A stretch of DNA of 64,000 nt, taken from Candidatus Omnitrophota bacterium. GTDB lineage: Bacteria; Omnitrophota; Gorgyraeia; Gygaellales; Profunditerraquicolaceae. The DNA is taken from the NCBI GenBank assembly GCA_030650425.1, contig JAUSED010000003.1, positions 263,903 through 327,902 on the forward strand, given 5' to 3'. Shown in pieces: positions 41,001-50,720 of the stretch. Under the pieces are notes generated by a model that had not been told where the DNA came from, searched no databases, and saw nothing but the letters and a program-made list of their open reading frames with translations. Every line of letters starts with the position of its first letter. Positions within the stretch are counted from its first letter, which is position 1. A program made the position numbers and the translations under genes.

Positions 41001-41525
41001 GTAGTTTTCAGGAATAAAAATGATCTGCAGGGATTTGTGCGAGAGTTGAGTGCGTGTGAACTTGGCACTTATCAGGTTGAGCCGTTACCAGTAACAGTAT
41101 TTACAGATTTTTTTAGGAATGCTGAAGATTTTGCGCGACGTTCCTCTGTTAGTTCTGCGATAGATGAGACTCAGAAGACTCCCGGCGGTATCGACTTCCG
41201 CGTTCTGCCTATGACTATCCAGCCAATGGGAAGCTTTACCGGTTTAAACTTTAAGCTGCCACAGCTAACGCAAAGAGAGTTGGCCAAGATGAATATTGAT
41301 TTAGAGATACAGCAGATTCAGAATATGGCTTCCTCCGGTATCCTTCCTTCTGGCCGGCGAATCAAAGAATTAATCGCCGCTTGTGTGCAAAAGAAGGAGA
41401 TTACTGCCCGCGCGGATAATCTCTTGCTCTGCCTTATAGATATCTGTAAGCTGGAAGAAGAGAACGCCTATGATACCGAGCCGGAGATGAAAGAGGCATT
41501 GGTAATAGTAGATTCAGTTAGCTAA
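35046..41525 (+). CDS. giant secreted/envelope protein of unknown function (2159 aa) with N-terminal signal peptide and an embedded CheY-like receiver (REC) domain
   Basis: Uninterrupted 6480-nt ORF, far beyond chance in AT-rich DNA. Strong AGGAGG RBS. N-terminus MRSLRKVLSLALILSLLFQQIGFA-QIA looks like a cleavable signal peptide. Residues ~1126-1245 (KPIILIVDDDENIRWMI...DLVLSDYNMP...VMLTGDPD) match a response-regulator receiver domain. No other domain recognised. Followed by a strong terminator. Confidence 0.8.
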   Translation: MRSLRKVLSLALILSLLFQQIGFAQIASELNIAGYLSRMSSNLSVEKFRPAHLRYFSYNSLNDNFKVLLDKGDSPTSRGHFPSGLSGNSLKESVPWDKAKLQSETQTLLSYFLIGVTLPDSMFWVNLRPDSEDQIIDQYLEKTDVGRIMLEADLQLKKDTAQMTSPATPEGREYWDRLYKKAADLYGYDNVTIPTLTRPWIVPGEIIVRESKDSAYIYKATLKVMLEQDYLKSSKLQALSSQSDYSFKDIRSKALNEYSTQLIKELIIPKLTKEVNSSKRYAPLRQVYYSLILSRWFKQKFRGLSKPAGDIFRQGSHEATQRKVSLAFVNLIDTKNLTNLISKDSWSKTDYFKQYQKSFSSGEYNIQESVYTPTGQVIRSYFSGGIQMDGAGSPINNPVGFTNLADKGDRFYKISRGANLIGMEGNFRTGIKLSAGSLVELTVEEKNKVLEISSILTGINEATLTNSAKIGEIREKLGEVPLMGRVDYIFSYVPGSQMTQMKKVIIQTRIKVLRNSIVADVDKRLSELLKGFREIKGISGSPVELTPEDRRQIEEILGPIDEVRGITDYNRISPIEGRLKTEIPMQKIILYAQEFLSPDHDPSPLPVNRRVILAIKSIVLLRTIIGESIKESTLAVTNARFIEELAQVRANMSNGVALLAGYNTFISRLQLPDEFVHLRLFSDSIIETFNQIKQIFDAKSSNSPVNPKELKRLETAIANVAGSISPEKRMEALERDLKGFPLTVLRVKKEEMESNTGNHNNDDALYSALCNIIADKENPSSPNNDNLLGDGSIRQKLESVTPATALDRDAMIAKIEELSKISSFSLEEYKRSVARNPAIDKRRRLIQIELLGAAIEKKKSKNNKPEASSGSPVDRITKEEAEAWLSHNIKIPEKVDLNTGIGNHPKEFSLNKKRIKEAIYPFLMSLPRSVEPEKFEFTFELSSVWVLTIRVRYGGETKTNPLVFRFYYPYIEANKFDSEKLADVENTIIEEIKRDFVYRIFGHFYGEPWKPIEEFIQISWNKTNDNSNLYLGKQYQGGLKPDSFLAKGSHVKKYGNDTPVVDFMELLDAWLQEGEAVFSVPEATPEETRKQAEQNLAFFKLYFNRDLSGSPDQKFNSSPIEKSDSKPIILIVDDDENIRWMIKNELRKQGFEPDQLLEAESGEEALKILNKQRIDLVLSDYNMPSGINGGELYVKMSKSAALNKIPFVMLTGDPDSVRKELKLPEGVQILNKFASFAEVIYPVMLSLINDKERKPAVGSLTETSKENNPVNSPIFKTKFSANEFTSKEGLIQDLKKLDGFLKGKEGNGELVFTLKWLEWISLDRSWREGLIDLPDTSDFILNFAKFIHLYLSETGIGNVSLKDKLNIANKLWVRHLEFIDKSGQIVPPHQAFYSYRFASEIKTQGEVALRFSVAKSAVEKVRWAVESIPAMRVRLDTLALDTGLSVDEVIEALKTINEKRNDYELQGDILIIPKVTNDYLDFRPFSEEARRLGEALQNFGLPEDVTVIMQSSGLTLEGLKFAVQEANAVKIYRPTLEVRDSKLTFFTYDSKGNPVYPSAEMPLIVQRNTSDSALASSAMQVKDAGLPGLLGEDFSKADVKVMPFVLSRDEIPGKVFSIIEATLKNLEKDFRGILIERRNGLLYAIDKESQGTLPIDKSKSITTLKEILEADYSENQQFTFVWISTSAYSALEIRPKYPLAAGSPTTLEEAVKFLHFLQVNWMRFQIRDEESFKYFEEHDNKLDNVDNRIVYSVPPNKNVAGGFNFVVKDSVEPEQLLERVLNFINGRKIVWSNEKEQKEIAEGITTKLSSLRQASSAMQQVEPVNVRMVEAEEGIIIRGEVVVPAEVKNGQSIMRIRVAGENSVIVLFSLQFYKGTAFVSEILGKRTFLSGTPKIESHAIKFDTIKDILTVETRDPYWNGYEYKADVISSSSAVELKEGNKYSFYGKYGLLRGWEIKINKLFEDGSIEVTLVEPESKAGKASIKNVVFRNKNDLQGFVRELSACELGTYQVEPLPVTVFTDFFRNAEDFARRSSVSSAIDETQKTPGGIDFRVLPMTIQPMGSFTGLNFKLPQLTQRELAKMNIDLEIQQIQNMASSGILPSGRRIKELIAACVQKKEITARADNLLLCLIDICKLEEENAYDTEPEMKEALVIVDSVS
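35271..35330. repeat. ~60-nt hairpin element copy A inside the giant ORF (GGGGACATTTTCC - 27-nt loop - GGAAAGTGTCCCC)
   Basis: ACCAGCAGGGGACATTTTCCGTCAGGGC...AAAGGAAAGTGTCCCC. A near-identical copy lies 692 nt downstream in a different reading frame. Confidence 0.7.
35963..36021. repeat. ~60-nt hairpin element copy B inside the giant ORF
   Basis: ACCAGCAGGGGACATTTTCCGTCAAGGC...AAAGGAAAGTGTCCC. The first 24 nt match copy A except for one substitution, but it is read in a shifted frame (PAGDIFRQG vs SRGHFPSG). Confidence 0.7.
38421..38790 (+). other. receiver (REC/CheY-like) domain segment within the giant ORF
   Basis: KPIILIVDDDENIRWMIKNELRKQGFEP...EEALKIL...RIDLVLSDYNMPSGINGGELYVKM...IPFVMLTGDPDSVRKEL. 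Acidic pocket DDD, phospho-acceptor Asp (LVLSD) and conserved T/K positions are present. Confidence 0.7.
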
Positions 41526-41528
41526 AGG

Positions 41529-41567
41529 AAAAGGTGACAGTCACGCACTTCGTGACTGTCACCTTTT
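41529..41567 (+). terminator. strong hairpin terminator downstream of the giant ORF
   Basis: AAAAGGTGACAGTCACG-cactt-CGTGACTGTCACCTTTT: a 17-bp perfect stem flanked by A4/T4, so possibly bidirectional. Confidence 0.75.
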
Positions 41568-41583
41568 CTAGTGAGTTAAAAGA

Positions 41584-41604
41584 CGGGGACAGTCCCCATT
41601 TTTT
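41584..41604 (+). terminator. short GC hairpin GGGGAC-A-GTCCCC followed by T6 (secondary terminator / GGGGACA-family palindrome)
   Basis: ACGGGGACAGTCCCCATTTTTTC. The arms match the GGGGACA repeat family. Confidence 0.4.
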
Positions 41605-41611
41605 CTAATTA

Positions 41612-41640
41612 TTGCTAACCCAAATAATTTCTGGTATACT
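41612..41640 (+). promoter_or_regulatory. sigma70 promoter TTGCTA-17-TATACT for tRNA-Pro
   Basis: TTGCTA at 41612-41617 and TATACT at 41635-41640, 12 nt upstream of the tRNA 5' end. Confidence 0.55.
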
Positions 41641-41652
41641 AATTTATTAATT

Positions 41653-41729
41653 CGGGGCGTGGCTCAGTTTGGTAGAGCGCTTGGTTCGGGACCAAGAGGT
41701 CGACAGTTCAAGTCTGTCCGCCCCGACCA
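41653..41729 (+). tRNA. tRNA-Pro (anticodon CGG)
   Basis: Cloverleaf with acceptor CGGGGCG/CGCCCCG, D-arm GCTCAGTTTGGTAGAGC, anticodon stem CTTGG/CCAAG with loop TTCGGGA (CGG), T-arm GGTTCAAGTCT and an encoded CCA. Confidence 0.9.
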
Positions 41730-41731
41730 AT

Positions 41732-42007
41732 ATGATGAAGAAACAAGCGCACGTATATTATTCCGGACAGGTGCAGGGGATTGGGTTTCGTTTTACTGTT
41801 GAGCGGCTTGCCGAAGAGTTGGGTGTAACCGGCTGGGTGAGTAACCTTGGCGACGGCAGAGTGGAGTTACGCGCCGAAGCCAATGAAGATAAGCTTAAAG
41901 ATTTCCTTGCGCAAATCAGCAGTATTTTTAGCCGCTATATTCAGGATGTGGATGTCAGCTGGGAGCCGGCAACAGGAGAGTTTAAGGATTTTGGGGTAAG
42001 ACTTTAG
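41732..42007 (+). CDS. acyP: acylphosphatase
   Basis: 91 aa from the ATG at 41732 (MMKKQAHVYYSGQVQGIGFRFTVERLAEELGVTGWVSNLGDGRVEL). The ORF-track N-terminal extension from 41669 overlaps the tRNA and is rejected. Confidence 0.85.
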   Translation: MMKKQAHVYYSGQVQGIGFRFTVERLAEELGVTGWVSNLGDGRVELRAEANEDKLKDFLAQISSIFSRYIQDVDVSWEPATGEFKDFGVRL

Positions 42008-44525
<2,518 letters not shown>

Positions 44526-44529
<4 letters not shown>

Positions 44530-45146
44530 TATTAGAAACTATTTCCGTAGGCTCGTTGGAAGTTAATTGCTATATTCTGGCGCAAAAAGAAAATTCCCGG
44601 GCGATCGTCATTGATCCGGGAGCCCAAGCCCGGAAGATCAACAAGGTTTTGGATAAATTTAAACTAAAGCCCGCCTTGATTATTCATACACATGGGCATT
44701 ATGACCATATCGGCGCGGATAATGAATTGGGTGTCCAGGTTTACGCGCATAAACTCGACGCGCCGTTATTAAAGGACGCGATGTTGAATATGTCGGGTTT
44801 GTTTAGCTTGCCTTATACGGTTAAATCTGAGATTAAATTACTTGAGGATAATCAGCTTATCGAGTTGGATGGAGTAGAGCTCAAAGTTTTGCATACTCCC
44901 GGGCATACTGCCGGAGGAATTGCTTTAGTGATGCAAAAGCCGGAAAAAGGCATAGCCTTTACCGGAGATACTTTGTTTTGCCATGGTATCGGAAGATCAG
45001 ATTTAGCTAGCGGTAACCAAGCCTTGTTGATTAAGTCTATAAAAGAGAGGCTATTTACTCTACCCGATGATACTAAAATTTATCCCGGGCATGGGAAGTC
45101 TTCTTCAATAGGAGAAGAGAAGAAGAACAATCCCTTCTTGTCTTGA
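44526..45146 (+). CDS. MBL-fold metallo-hydrolase (glyoxalase II-like)
   Basis: 206 aa. HTHGHYDHIG motif plus downstream His/Asp ligands. Confidence 0.8.
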
Positions 45147-45866
45147 GTGATTGCGAGTTCCCGCCGAATGTTTATAGAAAAAAATAACTTATCCGAGGTT
45201 TTCTCCGGCATTGCCCCATACTACGATCTATTAAATCATATCTTAAGCTTTAATCGTGATAAGTTATGGAGGATGGAGTTTATAGCTACGGCTGGAATCA
45301 AAGAAAATGCGAGGATCTTGGACCTTTGCACCGGAACCGCGGATATCGCTATTGAATGCGCTAAAAGAAAGAACGCTTGTCAGGTATTCGGAGTTGATTT
45401 TTCAGAGGAGATGTTAAAACAAGCTAGAGATAAAATAAATAGATTAGGCTTAGAGAAACAAATCTATTTGATTAAGGCCGATGTTTTTAAGCTTCCGTTC
45501 CATTCCGATTTCTTCGATCTGGTTTCTATAAGTTTTGGTTTAAGGAATCTTATAGATTATTCTAAAGGCATGGAGAAGATGGCAAATATGTTAAAAAAAG
45601 GCGGGAAGGTGATTATTCTTGAATTTTCTCCGCCTCTGGATAATGCAGCAGGTAGGGTTTATGATTTTTATCTTAAAAAAATGGTCCCTTTAGTTGCGCT
45701 TATCTGTGGAGGTTCAACCGCTGCCTACAAATATCTTTCTTCATCAATCAGCGCATTTCTTTATCCCAAGCAAATTTTGAATTGCATGGAATTAGCAGGT
45801 TTAAAAAATTTATCTATGAAAAAAATGTGCCTTGGGGTAGTTAATGCCTATTATGGAGAAAAGTAA
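45147..45866 (+). CDS. ubiE: demethylmenaquinone/ubiquinone C-methyltransferase UbiE/MenG family
   Basis: 239 aa. N-terminal FSGIAPYYDLLNHILSFNRDKLWR is typical of UbiE, plus a class-I SAM MTase motif (LDLCTGTAD). Confidence 0.85.
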   Translation: MIASSRRMFIEKNNLSEVFSGIAPYYDLLNHILSFNRDKLWRMEFIATAGIKENARILDLCTGTADIAIECAKRKNACQVFGVDFSEEMLKQARDKINRLGLEKQIYLIKADVFKLPFHSDFFDLVSISFGLRNLIDYSKGMEKMANMLKKGGKVIILEFSPPLDNAAGRVYDFYLKKMVPLVALICGGSTAAYKYLSSSISAFLYPKQILNCMELAGLKNLSMKKMCLGVVNAYYGEK

Positions 45867-46824
45867 TGGAAAAGAAGATAACCTTATCTTAGGAAGGGAG
45901 TTATTGATGAGATTCTTTAAAGAAGTAAAAGCATGGATTCTACTTTCCCGGTTACCATTTCATCTTGTGGGCATATTGCCTTTTATAACCGGATCCATCC
46001 TTTATCTAAAAATAACGAAGACATTTAATTTTCCCGTGTTTCTTTTGGGCGCTATTGGAGTAGTATTGATTATGCTCTCTACTTATTATAACGGAGAGAT
46101 TCATGATATCGAAGAAGATCGCCTCTCGGTAAAGCTGGAGAAAAATTTTTTTTCCGCAGGAAGTCAAGTGCTTGTGGATGGTTTAATTTCTTCAAAGAGA
46201 GTTAAATTAGTCAGTTATGTTGCGATAGGAAGCGCATTTTTTATAGGATTATTGCTTCAGTTTTATTATAAAACCGGCCCTTGGACTATCCCCTTGGGTA
46301 TTACCGGCATAATCACGGGGTTTTACTATTCCAAACCACCCTTTCGCTGGGTAAAAAGAGGGGTGGGTGAATTATTGATAGGTTATAGTTATGGCTGGCT
46401 TCCGGTGGCGGTTGGTTTTTATCTGCAGGCAGGGTTCATTCATCCTCTTGCGCATTGGATTTCTTTACCGATTGCCTGCTCAATCTTTAACGTCATACTG
46501 ATCAATGAATTTCCCGACTATCCGGCGGATATGCAGGTTAACAAAAATAACTTAGTCGTCAAATACGGAAAAGTAAAAGCCACAGCTATTTATATAGCAG
46601 CTACGATAATAGGAATAACTTCATTTATTATTTCTTTGACTAAAGGATTACCGCTAATTACCGGATTATTTTATACACCAATTGGTATTCTTTCTTTCGT
46701 AGCTATATGGATGGTGCTGGAAGGAAGGTTTAATGATCATTGCTTATTGGAACGGACGTGTTTAATTACGCTCTTGATTAATCTGGGCACTTGTCTTGTA
46801 TATATAATAGGGCTGCTTGTATAA
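45844..46824 (+). CDS. UbiA-family polyprenyltransferase (MenA-like?)
   Basis: 326 aa with 8-9 TM helices and Asp/Glu-rich motifs YYNGEIHDIEED and NEFPDYPADM. Exact substrate is unclear. Confidence 0.75.
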   Translation: MPIMEKSNGKEDNLILGRELLMRFFKEVKAWILLSRLPFHLVGILPFITGSILYLKITKTFNFPVFLLGAIGVVLIMLSTYYNGEIHDIEEDRLSVKLEKNFFSAGSQVLVDGLISSKRVKLVSYVAIGSAFFIGLLLQFYYKTGPWTIPLGITGIITGFYYSKPPFRWVKRGVGELLIGYSYGWLPVAVGFYLQAGFIHPLAHWISLPIACSIFNVILINEFPDYPADMQVNKNNLVVKYGKVKATAIYIAATIIGITSFIISLTKGLPLITGLFYTPIGILSFVAIWMVLEGRFNDHCLLERTCLITLLINLGTCLVYIIGLLV

Positions 46825-46827
46825 TCA

Positions 46828-48048
46828 ATGAAAAATAAGTTATGGAAATTCCCCCTTTCCCGTATTAGCTGGCCCCCGAGTTTATTGATCCGGCAATTAG
46901 GAAGCATATTTTTGTACGCTCATTTATCCAATTGGCGATTTTTTGGAAAATGGATGTGGAATAATAGTTTTCGCTCTATACCCATTGCAGCAGGGGCAAA
47001 AGGCATGGGTTGTATTGGTTATCCGGATCATCCTGCCTGGGAAGTTACCGCGCGTTGTAATTTAAAGTGCCTGCATTGCCATGTAGGCGCGCCAGAGGAG
47101 GAGCAGAAAGAGCTGACAACCGCGGAGGGTAAGAAGCTCATCGAAGAGTTAAGAAAGATAAATGAATTCAGAATGTTGGTTTATACCGGAGGAGAGCCTT
47201 TAGTCCGGCAAGACCTCTTTGAACTTTTAGATTATTCAGCAAACTCGGGTTTTATTAATGTAATCGCTACTAATGCCACGCTGATTACAAAGAAAGTCGC
47301 GCAGGAATTGAAGAAAAGAGGGGCCAGAGGAGCGGCTGTAAGCATTGATTCCCCGGATTCACTAATTCATAACAAAATTCGTAATCATGAAAATGCTTTT
47401 GACCTTGCATTACAAGGGATTAAAGCGCTGGCTGAGGAGAGCATACCTTTACAAATAAATGTTACAGTGATGGAATACAACTTTGAATCTTTAGAGGGAT
47501 TATTGGAGCTGGCCGAAAGTTATAAAGCGATAGTTGTGTTAATCTATCAACTAATTCCAGTGGGCAGGGGTGATGCAATTAGGAGTGCCTCTTTAGATAT
47601 GCAGCAAAACGAGACTTTACTCAAATTTATTCAAAGCAAGCAAAGAGATATCTCTGCTATTCTAGAGCCGGTTGCCGGCCCGCAATATTGGCCGTATTTG
47701 TTCACCATGAAGAAGAATGGAGGGTTTTTGAAGAAATTAGGAGCATCTTTTTTTCATGGATGCTCAGCAGGCGAGGGTTTTGTATATATCAAAGCTAATG
47801 GCGATGTTTGGCCGTGTCCTTTTATTAATATTAACGCGGGAAATGTTCGCGAACAATCTTTTCCAGATATATGGAATAAGAGCGAAGTTTTTCTGCGATT
47901 AAGGGATCGGGAAAACTTACTTCAGGGGAAATGCGGAAGATGTGAATATAAGCGCATGTGTGGCGGCTGTAGGGGAAGGTCTCTGGCGCATAACGGTGAT
48001 CTTTTCTCAGAGGACCCGTCATGTTTTATCAAAGTTCCCAAAATGTAA
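46828..48048 (+). CDS. radical SAM enzyme with C-terminal SPASM/twitch domain
   Basis: 406 aa. CxxxCxxC at ARCNLKCLHCH and a C-terminal cysteine cluster (C...CPF...CGRCEYKRMCGGCRG). Adjacent to the UbiE/UbiA-like genes. The N-terminal ~60 aa may be over-extended. Confidence 0.8.
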   Translation: MKNKLWKFPLSRISWPPSLLIRQLGSIFLYAHLSNWRFFGKWMWNNSFRSIPIAAGAKGMGCIGYPDHPAWEVTARCNLKCLHCHVGAPEEEQKELTTAEGKKLIEELRKINEFRMLVYTGGEPLVRQDLFELLDYSANSGFINVIATNATLITKKVAQELKKRGARGAAVSIDSPDSLIHNKIRNHENAFDLALQGIKALAEESIPLQINVTVMEYNFESLEGLLELAESYKAIVVLIYQLIPVGRGDAIRSASLDMQQNETLLKFIQSKQRDISAILEPVAGPQYWPYLFTMKKNGGFLKKLGASFFHGCSAGEGFVYIKANGDVWPCPFININAGNVREQSFPDIWNKSEVFLRLRDRENLLQGKCGRCEYKRMCGGCRGRSLAHNGDLFSEDPSCFIKVPKM

Positions 48049-48098
48049 CGCTTCAAATGAATTGCGTAGCCATTAATTCTTGGGTATAATAGTTTTAT

Positions 48099-48986
48099 AT
48101 GAAAGAGCTAATCGATACTTTCCTAAACTATCTTTCGGTCGAGCGCGGACTGGCTAATAATACGATTATTTCCTACCGCGAGGATTTAAATATGTACCTT
48201 GATTTTATCGAGAAGAGCAATGTCAGCATATTATCCAAAATATCCAAGAACAATATTACTAATTTTATGTTTGACCAGAAAGGCAAAGGAATTGCGGTAA
48301 ATTCCATTGCCCGTCGCCTCGCGGCAATCAGGATGTTTCACCGTTTTCTTACGCGCGAAAGGATCTTAAAAGATGATCCAAGTACTTTGATCGATTCGCC
48401 GAAGCTTTGGAAGAAAATTCCCGATACGCTTACCTTAAACGAAGTAGAGCTTTTGATTGCCCAGCCTAATGCGCGCAGCGCTCAGGGGGCCAGGGACAGG
48501 GCGATTCTGGAGACGCTTTATGCCACAGGAATGCGCGTATCCGAGGCGGTAAATCTGGAAAAGGATAATGTAAATTTAGATATCGGATTTTTACGCTGCA
48601 TCGGTAAAGGAAATAAGGAGCGGGTTATTCCTTTGGGGAAAAAGGCGATAGCCAGTATAAATAGATATTTAGAAACAGCCCGGGGAAAATTCCTGAAAAA
48701 TAAAGAGTCGGAGTTCTTGTTTATCAGCCGTTCCGGCAAAAAAATATCCCGCCAATCGTTTTGGAAAATTATTAAGAAATACGCTAAAGAAGCGCGTATA
48801 AAGAAGCCGATCAAGCCGCATACTTTGCGGCATTCATTTGCCACCCACTTGTTGGAGCGCGGGGCGGATTTACGTTCGGTGCAGGAGATGCTCGGGCATT
48901 CGAATATTTCAACCACTCAGATTTATACGCATATAGATAAAGACAGGCTGAAGAATATACATAGACAGTTTCACCCAAGGCCATAA
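48099..48986 (+). CDS. tyrosine recombinase XerC/XerD family
   Basis: 295 aa. N-terminal SAM-like domain and catalytic R...HxxR...Y (HTLRHSFATHLL...TQIYTH). Housekeeping context with no flanking repeats. Confidence 0.85.
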   Translation: MKELIDTFLNYLSVERGLANNTIISYREDLNMYLDFIEKSNVSILSKISKNNITNFMFDQKGKGIAVNSIARRLAAIRMFHRFLTRERILKDDPSTLIDSPKLWKKIPDTLTLNEVELLIAQPNARSAQGARDRAILETLYATGMRVSEAVNLEKDNVNLDIGFLRCIGKGNKERVIPLGKKAIASINRYLETARGKFLKNKESEFLFISRSGKKISRQSFWKIIKKYAKEARIKKPIKPHTLRHSFATHLLERGADLRSVQEMLGHSNISTTQIYTHIDKDRLKNIHRQFHPRP

Positions 48987-49004
48987 AAATAATGGATAGG
49001 TAGG

Positions 49005-50324
49005 ATGAAAGAATATTTAGAAAAAATTCCAAAAGAGCTTCAAGAGTTGATTAATAAGGCGCGAGATCTTGCCGCTAAGGAGAGTTTTAAGGTCTATCTG
49101 GTGGGCGGCTTTGTACGCGATTTGATCTTAGGGGTTAAGAATTTGGATTTGGATATAGTTATCGAAAATAACGGAATAAAGTTTGCCGAAGCTTTTGCGA
49201 ATTCCCTGGGAGCCAAGATTACCGTTCATAAACAATTCGGTACAGCTACGGTTTTTGTAAATCCGGATCTAAAAATTGATGGTTCGACTACGCTCACCAT
49301 CAATCCTGAGCGAGTGAAACGAGTCGAACGGATTGATTTTTCTAGCGCAAGATGCGAATTTTACCCAAAGCCTGCTCATTTGCCTGTAGTTAGCCCCGGT
49401 TCCTTAAGGGATGATTTATTCCGCCGGGATTTTACGATTAATGCCATGGCCATAGATTTAAATGACGGGAGGCTCCTAGATTATTTTGGCGGCCAAGTTG
49501 ACCTAAAAAATAAAATTATCCGTATCTTGCATCCTTTAAGTTTTATCGATGATCCAACGAGGATTTTACGGGCAATCCGTTTCGAACAAAGATACAGCTT
49601 TAAAATGGAGCCTAAGACACTAAGCCTGTTAAAAGAAGCAGTAAAAATGAATCTTTTAGGCCGGGTGCATCCTCACAGGTTACGCGATGACTTAATCCTG
49701 ATTCTGAAAGAAAGAAAGCCAATTAAAGAGCTAAAGCGCTTGGAGGAATTAACAGGATTCAGTTTTATCCTACCGACTATGGCCGTCTCCAGAAAAACCT
49801 ATTTATTTCTTATGGTACTTGAGAAGGAAATCAAATGGTTTAATATAAGTGACTCCCGGCGGAGGCCATTGGATATTTGGTTGATTTATCTCATGGGTTT
49901 ACTTGATTCTTTGGATGAAAAAACAGTGAAGAAGATATGCGGGAAATTCGGCTTACGTAGAGGGGAGGAGAAGAGGCTATTAAGTTATAAGCAGTTTAAA
50001 CTTAAAGAGATTAAAGATTTGAGTAAAACTAAAATGAAGCCGTCAAAGATCTACGCATTATTGGAGCCATTAAGTTATGAAGCAATAATTGCCTTAAGGG
50101 CTAAGTATAAGAATCAAATATTTAGACGTAATCTAGCGGATTTTCTGGAAATTTATAACGGTATTCGGATTTTAGTTTGCGGTGATGACTTACGGTGCTT
50201 AGGCCTTCTGCCCGGGCCCAGATACCAGAAGATTTTCAGTCTGGTTTTAAATGCCAAGCTTAACGGTGAAGTCAAAACTAAAGATGAAGAGTTATCTCTG
50301 ATTAGGGGGTTGTTAAGAAAATAG
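49005..50324 (+). CDS. cca: tRNA nucleotidyltransferase (CCA-adding enzyme) / poly(A) polymerase family
   Basis: 439 aa. Head-domain GGFVRDLILG...DLDIV and an RxxRFxxR tail motif. Confidence 0.8.
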   Translation: MKEYLEKIPKELQELINKARDLAAKESFKVYLVGGFVRDLILGVKNLDLDIVIENNGIKFAEAFANSLGAKITVHKQFGTATVFVNPDLKIDGSTTLTINPERVKRVERIDFSSARCEFYPKPAHLPVVSPGSLRDDLFRRDFTINAMAIDLNDGRLLDYFGGQVDLKNKIIRILHPLSFIDDPTRILRAIRFEQRYSFKMEPKTLSLLKEAVKMNLLGRVHPHRLRDDLILILKERKPIKELKRLEELTGFSFILPTMAVSRKTYLFLMVLEKEIKWFNISDSRRRPLDIWLIYLMGLLDSLDEKTVKKICGKFGLRRGEEKRLLSYKQFKLKEIKDLSKTKMKPSKIYALLEPLSYEAIIALRAKYKNQIFRRNLADFLEIYNGIRILVCGDDLRCLGLLPGPRYQKIFSLVLNAKLNGEVKTKDEELSLIRGLLRK

Positions 50325-50333
50325 GAGTTTTCT

Positions 50334-50720
50334 ATGTCCAGACAAGAAAGAATAGCTGAGGCGATTAGGCAAGAGGCGAGCCTGATTATTCACGATAAAC
50401 TCAAAGACCCGCGTTTAGGGTTTACCACTATAACTAGGGTTGAGGTTACGCCGGACTTAAGATACGCTAAGATTTTCTTCAGCGTATTGGGGAATGAGGA
50501 ATCCTACAAAAAGACCAAGGATGCCCTGGATTCCGCTTTAGGGTTTGTGCGTAAGTTGGTTGCCCGGCGGCTGAATTTAAGATTCGCTCCCGAAATCGCT
50601 TTTTATGATGATAGGTCCACGGAGTATAGCGTGCGTATAGAAGAGGTTCTCAATGAAATAAAGGAGCTTGATGGAGAGAAAAAGCCTAAAAAAGGTCGTC
50701 GCGGAAATAAAAAAGCATAA
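50334..50720 (+). CDS. rbfA: ribosome-binding factor A
   Basis: 128 aa. RQERIAEAIRQEASLII...TITRVEVTPDLRYAKIF, with a basic C-terminal tail. Confidence 0.9.
   Translation: MSRQERIAEAIRQEASLIIHDKLKDPRLGFTTITRVEVTPDLRYAKIFFSVLGNEESYKKTKDALDSALGFVRKLVARRLNLRFAPEIAFYDDRSTEYSVRIEEVLNEIKELDGEKKPKKGRRGNKKA

Noticed and set aside
35046-41729. Giant gene as a tRNA-associated genomic island
   Set aside because: The tRNA-Pro lies downstream of the gene on the same strand, and islands integrate at tRNA 3' ends. No integrase, direct repeat of the tRNA 3' end or obvious compositional break is visible. The nearby Xer recombinase at 48099 is a standard housekeeping XerC/D with no flanking repeats.
41669-41731. 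N-terminal extension of the acylphosphatase ORF (MVERLVRDQEVDSSSLSAPTN...)
   Set aside because: It overlaps the tRNA-Pro gene, and the ORF-track 'start' is an internal alternative codon. The conserved acylphosphatase sequence begins at the ATG at 41732.
48049-48098. TTGCGT-17-TATAAT promoter-like sequence upstream of xer
   Set aside because: It is only a TTG/TATAAT match with a poor -35, in an AT-rich spacer where TATAAT-like hexamers are common. It was not reported as a feature.
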